Shown here one piece after another: positions 1-12,045 of a stretch of DNA of 64,000 bases. The first letter of the stretch is position 1; each line of letters opens with the position of its first letter. Source of the stretch: Neoechinorhynchus agilis (Eukaryota > Animalia > Acanthocephala); contig CM121342.1 of assembly GCA_051530055.1 (NCBI GenBank), forward strand, positions 12,353,480-12,417,479, written 5' to 3'. The notes under the pieces were generated by a model that did not search any database, was not told where the DNA came from, and saw nothing but the letters and a program-made list of their open reading frames with translations. A program made the position numbers and the translations under genes.

Positions 1-766
1 GAGCGTCGTCATCTTTCATTAACTTCATGATCTTAACGCGTTCGAATTTTCGGGTTCCGCATTTAATAAGCGCAAATGAACCCACTGATAGTTCCTTCAT
101 ATTAAAATGTTCAGCGACAGTGCCATCAATATTGAAAACTTCTTTGTTTGTGTAGAAATAACTTTCCATTTCCAGTTGAGATACGCACAAATTGTCCAGG
201 CCAGTGAAAGACGTGAATTTTGAGGCCATGCTAATATTTATAAGATATTTGCCGTCATCATCGTCTTTTCTAATTAAATCACAAGTAACATCACCGCAAA
301 TTTTAGAGTCTGGCACCAGCTCCTGCTCGATACGACCAGTGAAGTCTCCTCTTAAGAGATCAAATTTGCAGGGAAGGGCGAGAATAGGAATCGAATTGAA
401 GACCTTCTTGACCGGTCTTAAATTAAATAGAGGGAGCCACTCGGAGTGTCCGTAATCGAGAAACATCACCTTATAGCGATTCCCTTTCTCATTTATATTC
501 GTTATGCGTCCCCTGTACCATTTCTTGTCCGTTTGGGACTTGGCCACACATTTCGAGTTTTGTATGTAAAAGTACTTTGGACAAAAGACTAAACGCTCAT
601 ACTTTCGATTGAGTCTTTGTTGAATATTTAAGAAATCGTTCCAAATAAGACTCGGGACGACATAGATATTATCCGGTCCAGACATATACGTGATTCGACA
701 AGGAACCTGGTCTTGCAGAGAAACTTTAAATCGAGGAAAATCATCAAGAGGGACGTAATCTGTCAT
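1..766 (-). CDS. Tudor-domain protein, left copy (5' part; runs off window edge)
   Basis: Reverse complement of 1521-2281. Reads MTDYVPLDDFPRFKVSLQDQVPCRITYMSGPDNIYVV...KWYRGRI...VMFLDYGHSEW with no stop to position 1. A 45-bp tandem duplication adds an in-frame upstream ATG at 811. Confidence 0.8.
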   Translation of the reverse strand, partial: MTDYVPLDDFPRFKVSLQDQVPCRITYMSGPDNIYVVPSLIWNDFLNIQQRLNRKYERLVFCPKYFYIQNSKCVAKSQTDKKWYRGRITNINEKGNRYKVMFLDYGHSEWLPLFNLRPVKKVFNSIPILALPCKFDLLRGDFTGRIEQELVPDSKICGDVTCDLIRKDDDDGKYLINISMASKFTSFTGLDNLCVSQLEMESYFYTNKEVFNIDGTVAEHFNMKELSVGSFALIKCGTRKFERVKIMKLMKDDDA

Positions 767-2281
767 TTTTGTTAAGCCGAGAGGGAAAGAGAGAAAGTTC
801 GATTCTGTCATTTTTGTTAAGCCGAGAGGGAAAGAGAGAAAGTTCGATGAGTACAGAAAGTAAATGCAAAAGTCAATGAAGTTGCCTCGCATGTTAGCTC
901 AGTAGAAAAACGTTAGCCAATCAGATTGCACGCTGGTGTAAAAGCCATATGCTGATCAATAATCACCCGCCGCGTTTCAATTTAATTTTAGAAGTAGGAC
1001 AACGCCCTATTTTATGGGAATGCCGGCGATTTTCAAAAGAAGTGCAAATTGAACATTTTCAAAAATTCTAGAAGGATGCAAAAGTTATAACATCCAAAAA
1101 TATTTTATAGGTTTAATGTTTATAGTTTTTGTTTTCCTGGATCTATCACGAAGATTCACATTCCTTATGCTTAATCTACCTGAAGATTTAGGAGTTGAGG
1201 ACATTCACTTCATCGAAACTTAATTAGGTGTTATAGCCATTAAATATGTACGCCACTAAGAATTGCATAAGTAAAATGTTCAATTTGCACTTCTTTTGAA
1301 AATCGCCGGCATTCCCATAAAATAGGGCGTTGTCCTACTTCTAAAATTAAATTGAAACGCGGCGGGTGATTATTGATCAGCATATGGCTTTTACACCAGC
1401 GTGCAATCTGATTGGCTAACGTTTTTCTACTGAGCTAACATGCGAGGCAACTTCATTGACTTTTGCATTTACTTTCTGTACTCATCGAACTTTCTCTCTT
1501 TCCCTCTCGGCTTAACAAAAATGACAGATTACGTCCGATGATTTTCCTCGATTTAAAGTTTCTCTGCAAGGCCAGGTTCCTTGTCGAATCACGTATATGT
1601 CTGGACCGGATAATATCTATGTCGTCCCGAGTCTTATTTGGAACGATTTCTTAAATATTCAACAAAGACTCAATCGAAAGTATGAGCGTTTAGTCTTTTG
1701 TCCAAAGTACTTTTACATACAAAACTCGAAATGTGTGGCCAAGTCCCAAACGGACAACAAATGGTACAGGGGACGCATAACGAATATAAATGAGAAAGGG
1801 AATCGCTATAAGGTGATGTTTCTCGATTACGGACACTCCGAGTGGCTCCCTCTATTTAATTTAAGACCGGTCAAGAAGGTCTTCAATTCGATTCCTATTC
1901 TCGCCCTTCCCTGCAAATTTGATCTCTTAAGAGGAGACTTCACTGGTCGTATCGAGCAGGAGCTGGTGCCAGACTCTAAAATTTGCGGTGATGTTACTTG
2001 CGATTTAATTAGAAAAGACGATGATGACGGCAAATATCTTATAAATATTAGCATGGCCTCAAAATTCACGTCTTTCACTGGCCTGGACAATTTGTGCGTA
2101 TCTCAACTGGAAATGGAAAGTTATTTCTACACAAACAAAGAAGTTTTCAATATTGATGGCACTGTCGCTGAACATTTTAATATGAAGGAACTATCAGTGG
2201 GTTCATTTGCGCTTATTAAATGCGGAACCCGAAAATTCGAACGCGTTAAGATCATGAAGTTAATGAAAGATGACGACGCTC
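1..2281. repeat. Large inverted repeat: arms 1-1059 and 1273-2281 (left arm truncated by window), 213-bp spacer
   Basis: Direct reverse-complement match. Arms differ by a 45-bp tandem duplication (759-848), a 5-bp indel (aagag) and at least one substitution. Confidence 0.95.
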
Positions 2282-2805
2282 TTGGAGTCGAAAAGATCGA
2301 CTCTGGAGAACGAAGAAACGTTCCAATGGAATTATGTTTCAGTATGGCTCCGATACTGAGTACCATTCCCAAAATGTGCCACAGGTGTCGAGTTGTCAGA
2401 ATAACTCCTTTAGATGGACACGAGCAAGTGGTAAAGATCAAGATCGATAAATTTAACGATCTCTACTCTTCTGAAGGACGACTAATAGTAAAGATTGTGG
2501 GTTATGATGTGCCCAATAGGAAATTCTTAGTCGAATTATTCATACTCAAGAAAAACGGTCTCAGAGACATTGGATCCTTTTTGAGGCGCCACATAATAGT
2601 TGAAGATCCAGATGACGAAATAGCGGAATGCAGAGAAATTCCGGCTATGCGCATAGCCGTTGAATCGTATTTAGAGAATTATATTATGGAAGCTGATGAT
2701 AATGTTGAAATCGCAGAATATGAGGAAAACAAGATAAGAGATTCTGGTGAAACGAAGGAGTATAAATTGAAATTACGTGGAGATATTCAAATGACCCAAA
2801 ATTGA
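1597..2805 (+). CDS. Tudor-domain (TDRD-like) protein, right copy, N-terminally frameshifted relative to the left copy
   Basis: 402-aa ORF with extended Tudor signature (CVAKSQTDNKWYRGRI, VMFLDYGHSEW, LRPVKKVFNSIPILALPC) and a second degenerate Tudor repeat. The original ATG at 1521 hits TGA at 1539-1541. Confidence 0.8.
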   Translation: MSGPDNIYVVPSLIWNDFLNIQQRLNRKYERLVFCPKYFYIQNSKCVAKSQTDNKWYRGRITNINEKGNRYKVMFLDYGHSEWLPLFNLRPVKKVFNSIPILALPCKFDLLRGDFTGRIEQELVPDSKICGDVTCDLIRKDDDDGKYLINISMASKFTSFTGLDNLCVSQLEMESYFYTNKEVFNIDGTVAEHFNMKELSVGSFALIKCGTRKFERVKIMKLMKDDDALGVEKIDSGERRNVPMELCFSMAPILSTIPKMCHRCRVVRITPLDGHEQVVKIKIDKFNDLYSSEGRLIVKIVGYDVPNRKFLVELFILKKNGLRDIGSFLRRHIIVEDPDDEIAECREIPAMRIAVESYLENYIMEADDNVEIAEYEENKIRDSGETKEYKLKLRGDIQMTQN

Positions 2806-4391
2806 GTAACCAAGTTTGTTTTACTCAGAACGTTTTAAATTTACAACACTTCGCGCGGCTTTTGAGTGTTTTATTGGGCGCAGTTGTTTTTGGTATATTT
2901 GGCACTTGTGTCGGAATTTGAAGTTGCGTCCCGTTTCTGAGTATGGTTTCTGAACAAAAAAAGATGACGTTCGCTCATTCTTAATTACTGCACAGTTTAC
3001 CTCTGTGTTCGGGTTTATCTGTTACTCTTTCATTGAATTACATATTATGGATCTCCTTTGTTGGTCCGAGCGTTTTTAATGGTTTCTAATCTATCTACGG
3101 AAAACCAGTTAATTAAAGACTAATGGTGAATTGTCGAATATTTCAAAAAATATATGTTGCTGCTTTTTAATCTTTGAAAATGGGTGGGCGGACACGGACA
3201 CATAAGAGAGTCAATAAATGAAATCACAATACTACTTAAAATAATTATGGAAAACAAAAGTTCAACCGAAAAATAGATTAAATTTTTTGCAAAGTTCATA
3301 ACAGTCAAAAAAGTAGAAATAACATGCTTTAAAAAATGGGCCGTAAATATCAGAGAAACGTCTCTTTTTGCAATAGAGAAACGTAACGTTTAGAGTTCAT
3401 GTTTACTACGAATAATTGAAACTTAATTAAAACATCGAGACTTTTGGACAAACACTGATTTACTTGTGCTACTAAGTTTGAGTCAATATCAAGATTTCTG
3501 TTTACGATTCCTAAAAAATAAATACGCTGCAGTTCGATGCGCGAATGTTGTTCTCTCAACTCGCCAAATAAATATAAATTCCTCTATCAAAATGTGCTTT
3601 TTGAAACAGCACGTTTAAGACTCGAATGTAAGCACGCCTAAAAATATAACGCTTTATTTTTTTACCCGGTTGAAAATTTAATTGTTTAACTAGCTTGAAG
3701 AATTGAAATGTGTAATTGGGAGCGGAGTCTAGGCAAGGACTCTTAAGTTTTGCCGATATTTTTTTCAGTTGGAAATATCGCCGATAATTGAACTATACGT
3801 GTACAAATTATCATCTGTACTGCATTAGTTTTAAGACGTAAAGTTCAAACAGTTTAGATTCCTTGTTTCGCGTTTTATTTGTAGGAATTTTAGCAACTGT
3901 GCATCATTTTTTCTCGATCTCTGCATTGAATAATCACTAAGAAATGACTAAAAGATACTTGGCTTCTACGCTTTCAAACCCTTTAGCTTCAAAAACGTTG
4001 ATTGATAATTTTGAAGGAAACGAAACAATAACACTCAACATGAAGGTTTCTTCCTATAATTGTTCCAGTAATTTAGTCACTAAGCATTGCGGGGCAATGC
4101 GGCTAGCATTTTGGCCAGCGCCGATGAATAGGGGCGTCGAAGAAACTATAAATTATGTATGCTTGAAAAAAATGCAAAATTTGTCTAAAAAAATTACCTT
4201 TTAATAAGTCACTAAGCTTACTATTTTCTAGTTTTTGTCCATTATGACACACTCATGATAGCTAATACTGAGATAGCTGAATTGGTTAGATCGGTCGTCA
4301 TATCACGGTCTCACGAATGTTAAAGATCACAGAACGACTTTCAAGGATTTACATCAATGCTCTTCAACGCATCCAAAATTCATGAAACAAT

Positions 4392-4480
4392 GAGGCAATG
4401 CTGCTAGCGTGATAGCGAGAGCCGAGGGAGGAGAGAAGCTCCAATTTTGCGGACGGTGTTGATTGCACGTTTTGTACTTT
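4392..4480 (+). repeat. Dispersed repeat, also at 34930-35018
   Basis: gaggcaatgctgctagcgtgatagcga...ttgcacgttttgtacttt is nearly identical at both sites. Confidence 0.85.
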
Positions 4481-4962
4481 ATTATTGTAAAACCTGTCTA
4501 TTTTGAAAAAAAAAGGAACTGTGTTTTGTCTTTGCCGATCCCGTCTAAACGTGGGACTGTGGAAAAAGGAGCACGTTGATAATTATAATCTACATACTTT
4601 CCGGTATGCTCATTTTAATTAATTATTGCTCACAGGTTGCTGCACAGTTGATCTTTTGTACATGTGCGTTATAATTATCGATTTTCGTTTGACCTAAAAG
4701 GCAATATGTGCAAAACTAAACAAGGTCCGTGTTTTATAAGTTTTAAAAGAAAATCTCTTTTAACAAAAAAGTCAATGTGCAAATAAAAATCGTAATTTTT
4801 ACGATCGATTACTGCGAAATCGAAACGACGAAAAGTAGTGCGAAAACGTGAGAAGTCTACAATTTAATTGGGGAGGATAACAAAGTATAAGTCGGTTTAA
4901 TCCAGACTGAATTATAGACTATCGATAATTTTGCTTGTTTTATTAAGTCTAAAATACCTTTA

Positions 4963-5668
4963 CCTGCAAGGTTCCGATAATCCGACCCCAAGGGAAAATA
5001 AGGTTTTGGTAGATTCCATCAGTATGCTAAACTCGATTGAAGATTTGTTGGAAACGAATGGTGTTCTAAAGACTGAGAATATTTCGACCTTTACTAGGGA
5101 CTTGGTACCACCCTTAGAGGATATTCAGCATGTAGTATTTTATGATTCCAATATTGCTGTGGAGGAGTATGATATTGTGACTGGGATAAAAGGTAGCGAT
5201 AGGAAAAGCAAAAGCGATTCAGCTGCAGTAACTACTAAGAAAGCTACGGTCGAACAAAAGGTCGAAGAAACATCTGAACGAGTAGTAACAAGAGCAAAAG
5301 GAGGAACTCGATCAAAATCAATCAACCCTTCGATTCATTTCGGTAATGATACGCCTTCTCCACCCCGGCCATCATCCCTTGTTGCTCTGAATTCGACCCT
5401 TCGCATCATGCACTCCTCCATCAAGGATAGAAATCGCACCATATTTATTTCTTGTATGCCGGAAGCCCTTGGTTCAGACCCTGTCGCAGCTGATGCACAC
5501 AACCGCCAACAAATCCTTCGAATCGGTCAACTCCCTTTCCCCGACATTCACTCTACTATTCCACCCCCACCAACAGTTATGCGTATTCCCTCCCCTTTAA
5601 CCCGAGACCATGTCTCCTCGAAGCGTGAATGCGGCTTAAGTTGCAGGGAATCGCTAAAAGTGACGTGA
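4963..5668 (+). mobile_element. Possible LINE ORF1-like remnant
   Basis: RNRTIFISCMPEALG...D...QQIL resembles the RRM-like segment of CR1/L2 ORF1 proteins; weak. Confidence 0.35.
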
Positions 5669-5926
5669 TTATGAATGATTGTATTGCACATATAAACTTA
5701 ATGAGAACCATGAAACTTCCCCGATTTATTTATTCAATCAATCTTCATTTCTCGACAATTAACACACTCACCACCTCCCGCCGAATTCCAGCTTTTGTCC
5801 TTCCTCGACCGTCGCCATCACGCCAGCAGCATTGCCCCGTTGTACTGCTAGCGAGATATTTTGTCGAAGGAATACGCCTGCTCTTGAGTCTCCGGTTGCC
5901 TCTCTCAATTTCTTTGAGAGATCCTG

Positions 5927-6000
5927 GAGCAGAGAGAGTGCCGAGCTGCCGAGCGCTCCATACGTCTCTACCCCAAAGGGGACAAAATAGTGAGCCCTCG
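5927..6000 (-). repeat. Dispersed repeat, inverted match to 34795-34868
   Basis: Reverse complement matches cgagggcccactattttgtcccc...ctctgctc; same composite element as 4392-4480. Confidence 0.8.
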
Positions 6001-6248
6001 ATAAGTGAAGATATTATAATCGCTATTTTCTTGATTCAAATATTCATTGATCTTTCACATTGACGGCATCACAAGTCGGAATCTACAACATGTAACATCA
6101 ACAACTTGTTAGAAGTTTTTAACAAAACAATTTTGCTTTTGTTTAAACGTGTCGATAAACAAAGTTGAGTTCAGCGTTGATATATTTTTATGCGACACTA
6201 ATTTTTCGACAAGCCTCATAAAGATCTCGGCGCTAAAACTCCAACTCA

Positions 6249-9200
6249 ATGATCAGCTTCAAAGTTCGGGATATACCAAATATTGCAACTGGAACCAATG
6301 TTCTTGCCAAACTTTATTTTGCGTTTGTTACTATTCCATAAATAGAGTTTAATTTGAAACGTTTCTTAGGTATATCGCACCAATATTTTTTCGCATACAT
6401 AGACCTCTTCATGAAACGGACATTTCTGGATTACCTGAGAAAAGAAAAGTATCTAAAACTGGCAGAGAAATTGAAAGGTATTGAAAAAATTTATACGTAA
6501 ATAATTTTTTTACACAGGAGATGGAAAAATCAATTATCTTCAAAAAGGCGCAGTCTTACACGAATATTTATATACGTATTTCTCAAACAAATCATACTTG
6601 CGACATTCCTCAGCGTATTAGAGGTACGCATATCCTACCGCGTTTCAAACTGTATCACTCATAAATTCATAATTTCTGATTACATGCTGTTGGCGCATTT
6701 CAACGTTTTTTATAAGCCGTTGCACGGGTAGTACCGAATCACAGATGGCCACTATGCTTGAGTCAAGAAAATCGATTTCTTTTAGAACTTCAGTCCCACG
6801 CCTTTTATCGTTATCAAAATTAGAATTAACTTATATATTGAAAGGTCCAGTATGGATGTACCAGTTCTTCTAAATTGGGAAATTTGTTCTAACGATTTAT
6901 TTGTTTTGTCTCCTCAAATAGGCCATATTTCTTCTCGCAATGATCCCATTATTCGGTCGAATATTGCAATATATAAAGGGAGAACTCACAGACAATCGTG
7001 CAGCCGTCTTCTTGGTATCTCACATTTCATTATATCACGCAAGTTCACTCACGAGTTGCTGGTCGCTGCACGAATCACTATGTCTTGGCTTCGAAGCAAG
7101 AGCGGCTTTTATGAGATTGGTCTATGCAAAGGTCAGTAATTTTGAAAATGATAAAATTGCGCAATTCCTTTTCTTCACATTCTAGTGCTTAAGGCTTTCT
7201 CTTCATCAATGCAATCGAATCGAATCGGGATATCTTAGCAGTCTCATAAGCACCGATAGCTACTCGTTTGATACGTTCGCACAATTCGGTGTTCGAGTTC
7301 TTGGAGGCATCGTGAGATTTATTGTGGTATTTACATTTTGCTACGTTTACATTGACACGTTTGCTGCGATCGCAATATGCGTATATTTCATTGCCTATGC
7401 ACTTATACCTATCTATCTGATTTGCTTACGACTAATTAGGTTAGCGAATGAACGTTTTGAACCGGGTTTAAATTCTTTGCAGGAAACACATAAACCGGAA
7501 AGTAGATGAGAGACTTCGCAATCTCGCGATATATTGCCGATTCGCTCAAACCTTCAAAATGTGTTGTTTAGATACAGTTATCTATAAAGTGATGCGCCGA
7601 TTACATAAAAAGGAGACGTTCTTATGTGCGTTGAAAAATCTCGTGGAAGCGAACTCTTGTACGCTGCCAGCGTTATTTCACTCATTTATCACACTGACGT
7701 ATATTGTTACAAGTTTTAAAGCTCACGGCAAGCTTCCAAGCGGAGTAAATGTGTTTCAATTGATGGCTGTATCTCCCGTTTTGCGACTTAATTTTGGGAG
7801 CGATGCAATTCGATTCTTTACTCGTTTCTCCGAAGTGAAACTCGCCATTGAGAGATTGCAGGTACGGTTTGTTTATTCATATCAAAAAAGATTTACATTT
7901 TTATTCAGAAACTGGCCGAAGATGTTGATCTTAATTGCAATCATATAATTCGTCAACCGGAAAGCGTTAATAATGATTCTCACTATGCCATAGAATTATC
8001 GTCTTTAACTTCATCGTGGGACAATGAGGTATTTAGCTTTGCATTCTTTATTCCTTTAAACATTCAATTTATTCTATGTAGGCTTCTTTCATCAATCTAA
8101 GAAATATTTCTTTAACCATTGAAAAAGGAACTTTGACTTACATTGTCGGTCCGTCCAAATCAGGGAAAACATCACTGCTCTGCTCAATACTGAACGAATG
8201 TCGAATTGTAAGCGGTATTGTAAACATCCGCGGAAGCGTATCAATTAGCACCCAAACTCCATGGCTGTTTCCCGGCACAATTCGACAGAATATAATTTTC
8301 ACCGCGAGACCGAATGTTGAGCGGTACAAGGCGGTTATCTATGCCTGTTGCTTAATTGAGGTTTATTATTTTATTACAAACACTATAACGAATCGCCTTC
8401 CTGTTCAGGATTTAAATGCTCTACCCGAAAAAGATCTCACTATGATCGGTGATGGAGGAAGCGGTTTAAGCGGTGGACAAAAAGCAAGAATTTCATTGGC
8501 CAGAGCGATTTACCAAGACGCAGACGTGTATCTTCTTGATGATTCTTTGACTGCAGTCGATTATAAAACGCGGGCGCATATTTTAAAGCAGTCAGTATTT
8601 TCTTTTAATAATTTCAAAAAGAGTTCAATCGAACTTAATGTAGTTGCATTCGAATATTCCTAAAAAACAAAACCGTTCTATACTGTGCCTCCAGGGTTCT
8701 GGACGCCGGTCGTGCCGCTACGGTCGTAACTCTGAAGGACGTTAGTGAGCCTATGATTTCTTTAGAGCAGCCAAATCGATATCTTAGGGTTTAATCGACT
8801 GTATTTACGAACAAGCTGCTTCAAACTCCGATGAGGATTCTGATTCACCGCGCACTCAGCAAGATTACGATTTCGAATTAATCACTCTGGACAAAGTGGC
8901 TCGGCGATACTCGATGTGTTCACAGCATGACAAATTCGAAACAAACGGATTTGCCCTCAAGCCAAAAACAATGGACACTCTGGGCTGGCTTAAACTTCTG
9001 CGAAAATTATTTACACCGAACAAAATTGGAACCGCAATTGTTCCCTTTTTGATTCTATTTTGGTGCGGATCACATACTTTTCGCATACTGTCGGAATACT
9101 GGCTTTCTCGCTGGCTCTCAGCTGAAAACGGAAATAGCACAAAGCAGTTTAGTGACAACACGTATAAGACTTTCTACCTAGGTTTACTAATTATGAATTG

Positions 9201-11577
9201 ATTTGGTCTTTACTGGTATTTATAGGTTACCTCTTAGGATTTGTCATCTGTGCTGGTTCGGTTCTACTTATCATCACTAGCCTGATTGGCTACGATACAT
9301 TCCATGCTCATTCAAAAAGCTTAGCAAAAGTGATGGGATCGTACTCGTTTATATTCGAGAAAGTACTGCGAGGTTTGCTTTGAAGTATTCTGAGAGATGA
9401 GATTATATGCTTTAAAAAGGTGTTACGTTCAACCGATTGTCGTTCGATATCGGAGTTATGCAGAATTTCGTTCCCATTTCAACTTATTCGATGGGACAAG
9501 TTAAGTACAAATTTTATTGTATTTTAGGTCGCTTGCCGATACTTGAGAGAGATCATTAAAGACGAATTTATTTCGACTCATTTAATCAGTCATATCAATT
9601 TAATTAATTAAGTGTTTTTCAAGTGTGAATAAAACGCTTGAACAAAATTGCGGTTTTTTATTACTTTAAATTATGGAGGCAAACGATTAATGATATTATG
9701 TTTTTAGCGTAAAAACCTTTTCTGTAAGCAAAAATAACTGTAGGTAATATGTGAGGCGCATTAATTATTCTTTTATCAGGATAATAACGATAATCAACCA
9801 TACTGAGCTCCTCTTGCCTTTTCCTCCCTTTAATTTCAAACTGTCTTCGAAATTTGCTAAACGACAAAGTATCTTTTTAGGAAGCTTCATTAATCTCCGC
9901 ATTTATGATCTACATTTGCTGCATCTGTCCGGTAGCGATCGCGTTCGCAGTGCCGGCGATTTTATCTATGGCTTTCTTGGTATATCACCAAATAAATCTA
10001 ACGGCCGCAGGATATCAAATGGAATCGGACAGTAAGACTCATGCTAGAAATAGAAAGCTCATTCTCGGTACATTCATGTTGTAGCTCGAACAAACATACT
10101 AACCCATTTGGTGGCAACTCACCAGGGTCTCGTATCCGTTCGAGCATCCAAAGCTGAAGATGAAATGATATCGGAGTTCGAGTATACAATTGGTATAAGC
10201 GTTATTCGATGCATGAGAATATTTTTCGATACAATCGCTTTAGATACCAACAATCAGCTGCGGTACACGCTAATTTTGCTTGATCGAATAGCTCAAATTG
10301 CTGTTGATTTGGTTGTTCTCTTAGTCATGCTGGTGACTACAAGTGTTTTCTTGTTTTTCTATAACGGTCAGCTAATTTCAATTAATTAAAAAATCAAGTA
10401 ATGAGAAATCGTAAAAGGGAAAACCGAGGTCGGACAGCTGGCAGTGACATATACAATAGTGGTAGCTGAAATCGCTCGTTCTTTTATTCAAGAGGCTCAA
10501 CTAAGTATTAATTACGTTCGTAAAAGCATCGCTTGTCGAAGAAATAATCATCTACATTATTGATAGTTGCTATCAGCCGCTAGAGTTTTCGATCTTTATG
10601 ATGCTGTACAAGAACCGAACACCGGATCAGAGGATGAAAGCGAAATACCTCCCTATGTTGATAACTCAATCGAATTAATCAACGTCCGTTTCAAGTATTT
10701 TACAGATCTTCCCATGGTTCTGAATGGCCTAGATCTACGGATTGAGCCCAGATCTAAGGTTATTATGCGCTTAAGTACTTTCTATAGATTTTCAACACTG
10801 CAAACAAATAGGTTGCTATTGTTGGACCAACTGGAGCAGGAAAGAGCACAATATTCGGTGCCATACTTAGATTGGGGATTGTGGAAGGAAAGATTATTGT
10901 TGGCGGTATTGACACTGAATCAATGAATCTCCATCAACTAAGACGCAGCATTTCACTACTTCCACAGGTATGACTGATTTTTCACAATACAAAACCACTG
11001 AGCTATTTTTAGGAAGCGGTATTGATGAAGACTAGTATTCGGCTTAACTTGGACCCCTTTCAAGAAAAGTCGGACACTGAGATTTGGGATGTCCTTCAGA
11101 AAGTACTTGCGATTCCTTGTTAGTTTAAATCAAAGTATAAACTTATAGGTTGGACTGGATAATCGAATTCGGCAATTGAGATTTAGCGATTCAACTAACC
11201 AACTCGATTACGTATGCGAAAGCGAATCGGAATTTGGAATAAGTGAGAGGCAGTTATTGTGGTTGGCGAAGATACTTCTAGAAAAGAAATCAATTGTTCT
11301 GATTGACGAGTCCAGTTCCAAAGTCGACCAGGAAACACAGATTCAGATTCAAGAGATTATAAATACCGAGCTAAAGGAAAGTACGGTTATCAGTATAATG
11401 CACAAACTCGAAGATGCAATCAATAGCAATGTAGTTATGCTTGTGAAAGACGGAGATTTGGTCGAAAGTGGAACGCCATCAGAGTTGTTGGCGAACGAAA
11501 ACTCCATCTTCTGTCGGATGGCGAGCACTGGTGGCAAATATGCTGAGGCTACAAGGATGGATCATGTCGACTACTAA
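6249..11577 (+). CDS. ABCC/MRP-family ABC transporter (multi-exon, all introns traced are GT-AG)
   Basis: Spliced reading MISFKVRDIP...YIAPIF. NBD1 has Walker A GPSKSGKTS, signature LSGGQKARISLARA and Walker B YLLDD. TMD2 has EYWLSRW and FNRLSFDIG. NBD2 has GPTGAGKS and LIDESSSKVD. Confidence 0.92.
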
Positions 11578-11899
11578 ACAAATTTAGTGTCTTTGCAGTG
11601 GTTAATACTCGAAGGCGTAACCATAATTAAATGCTCTTGAATGATTTGTGTATATTTTTCGAGAACGGGATAGATATTAACACTTTTATTATGACATTTC
11701 TCGTCGCTTAATAGAAACTAAAACATCTTAAATTCTTAAGAAGTTATTTCCGGTATAGTGAGGTGAAGCGTGAAGTTCCAGCAGCACGTTTGGCTTGCGA
11801 TCTTTAAGTAGACTTTGCTTTCGGGGTTGGGATACAGGGCAAATCGCTCAAATAACTACGAAGATTGCTATTAACTAACAACTGAGGATTAGTTTTGTT

Positions 11900-12045
11900 T
11901 TGGTAATTGCCGACAGGCGAGACCATGGCGTCTCGATTGTTCCACGGTCGCTCCGCAACGGCAGCGATGGGATGTGCACATCGGTACCTCAAGTCTCAGG
12001 CACACTGCAATTCTTATTTTCTCATCCGAGAGACGGGTACCTACA
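11900..12045 (-). mobile_element. CRE-like LINE fragment
   Basis: Close nucleotide match to 25050-25175 of the CRE-like element. Confidence 0.7.

Noticed and set aside
192-455. Identical 87-aa ORFs at 192-455 and 1827-2090
   Set aside because: Antisense shadows of the duplicated Tudor CDS.
8700-8740. gccgctacggt shared with about 42415-42425 as a repeat family
   Set aside because: The 8.7-kb copy is ABCC coding sequence; the short match is probably chance.
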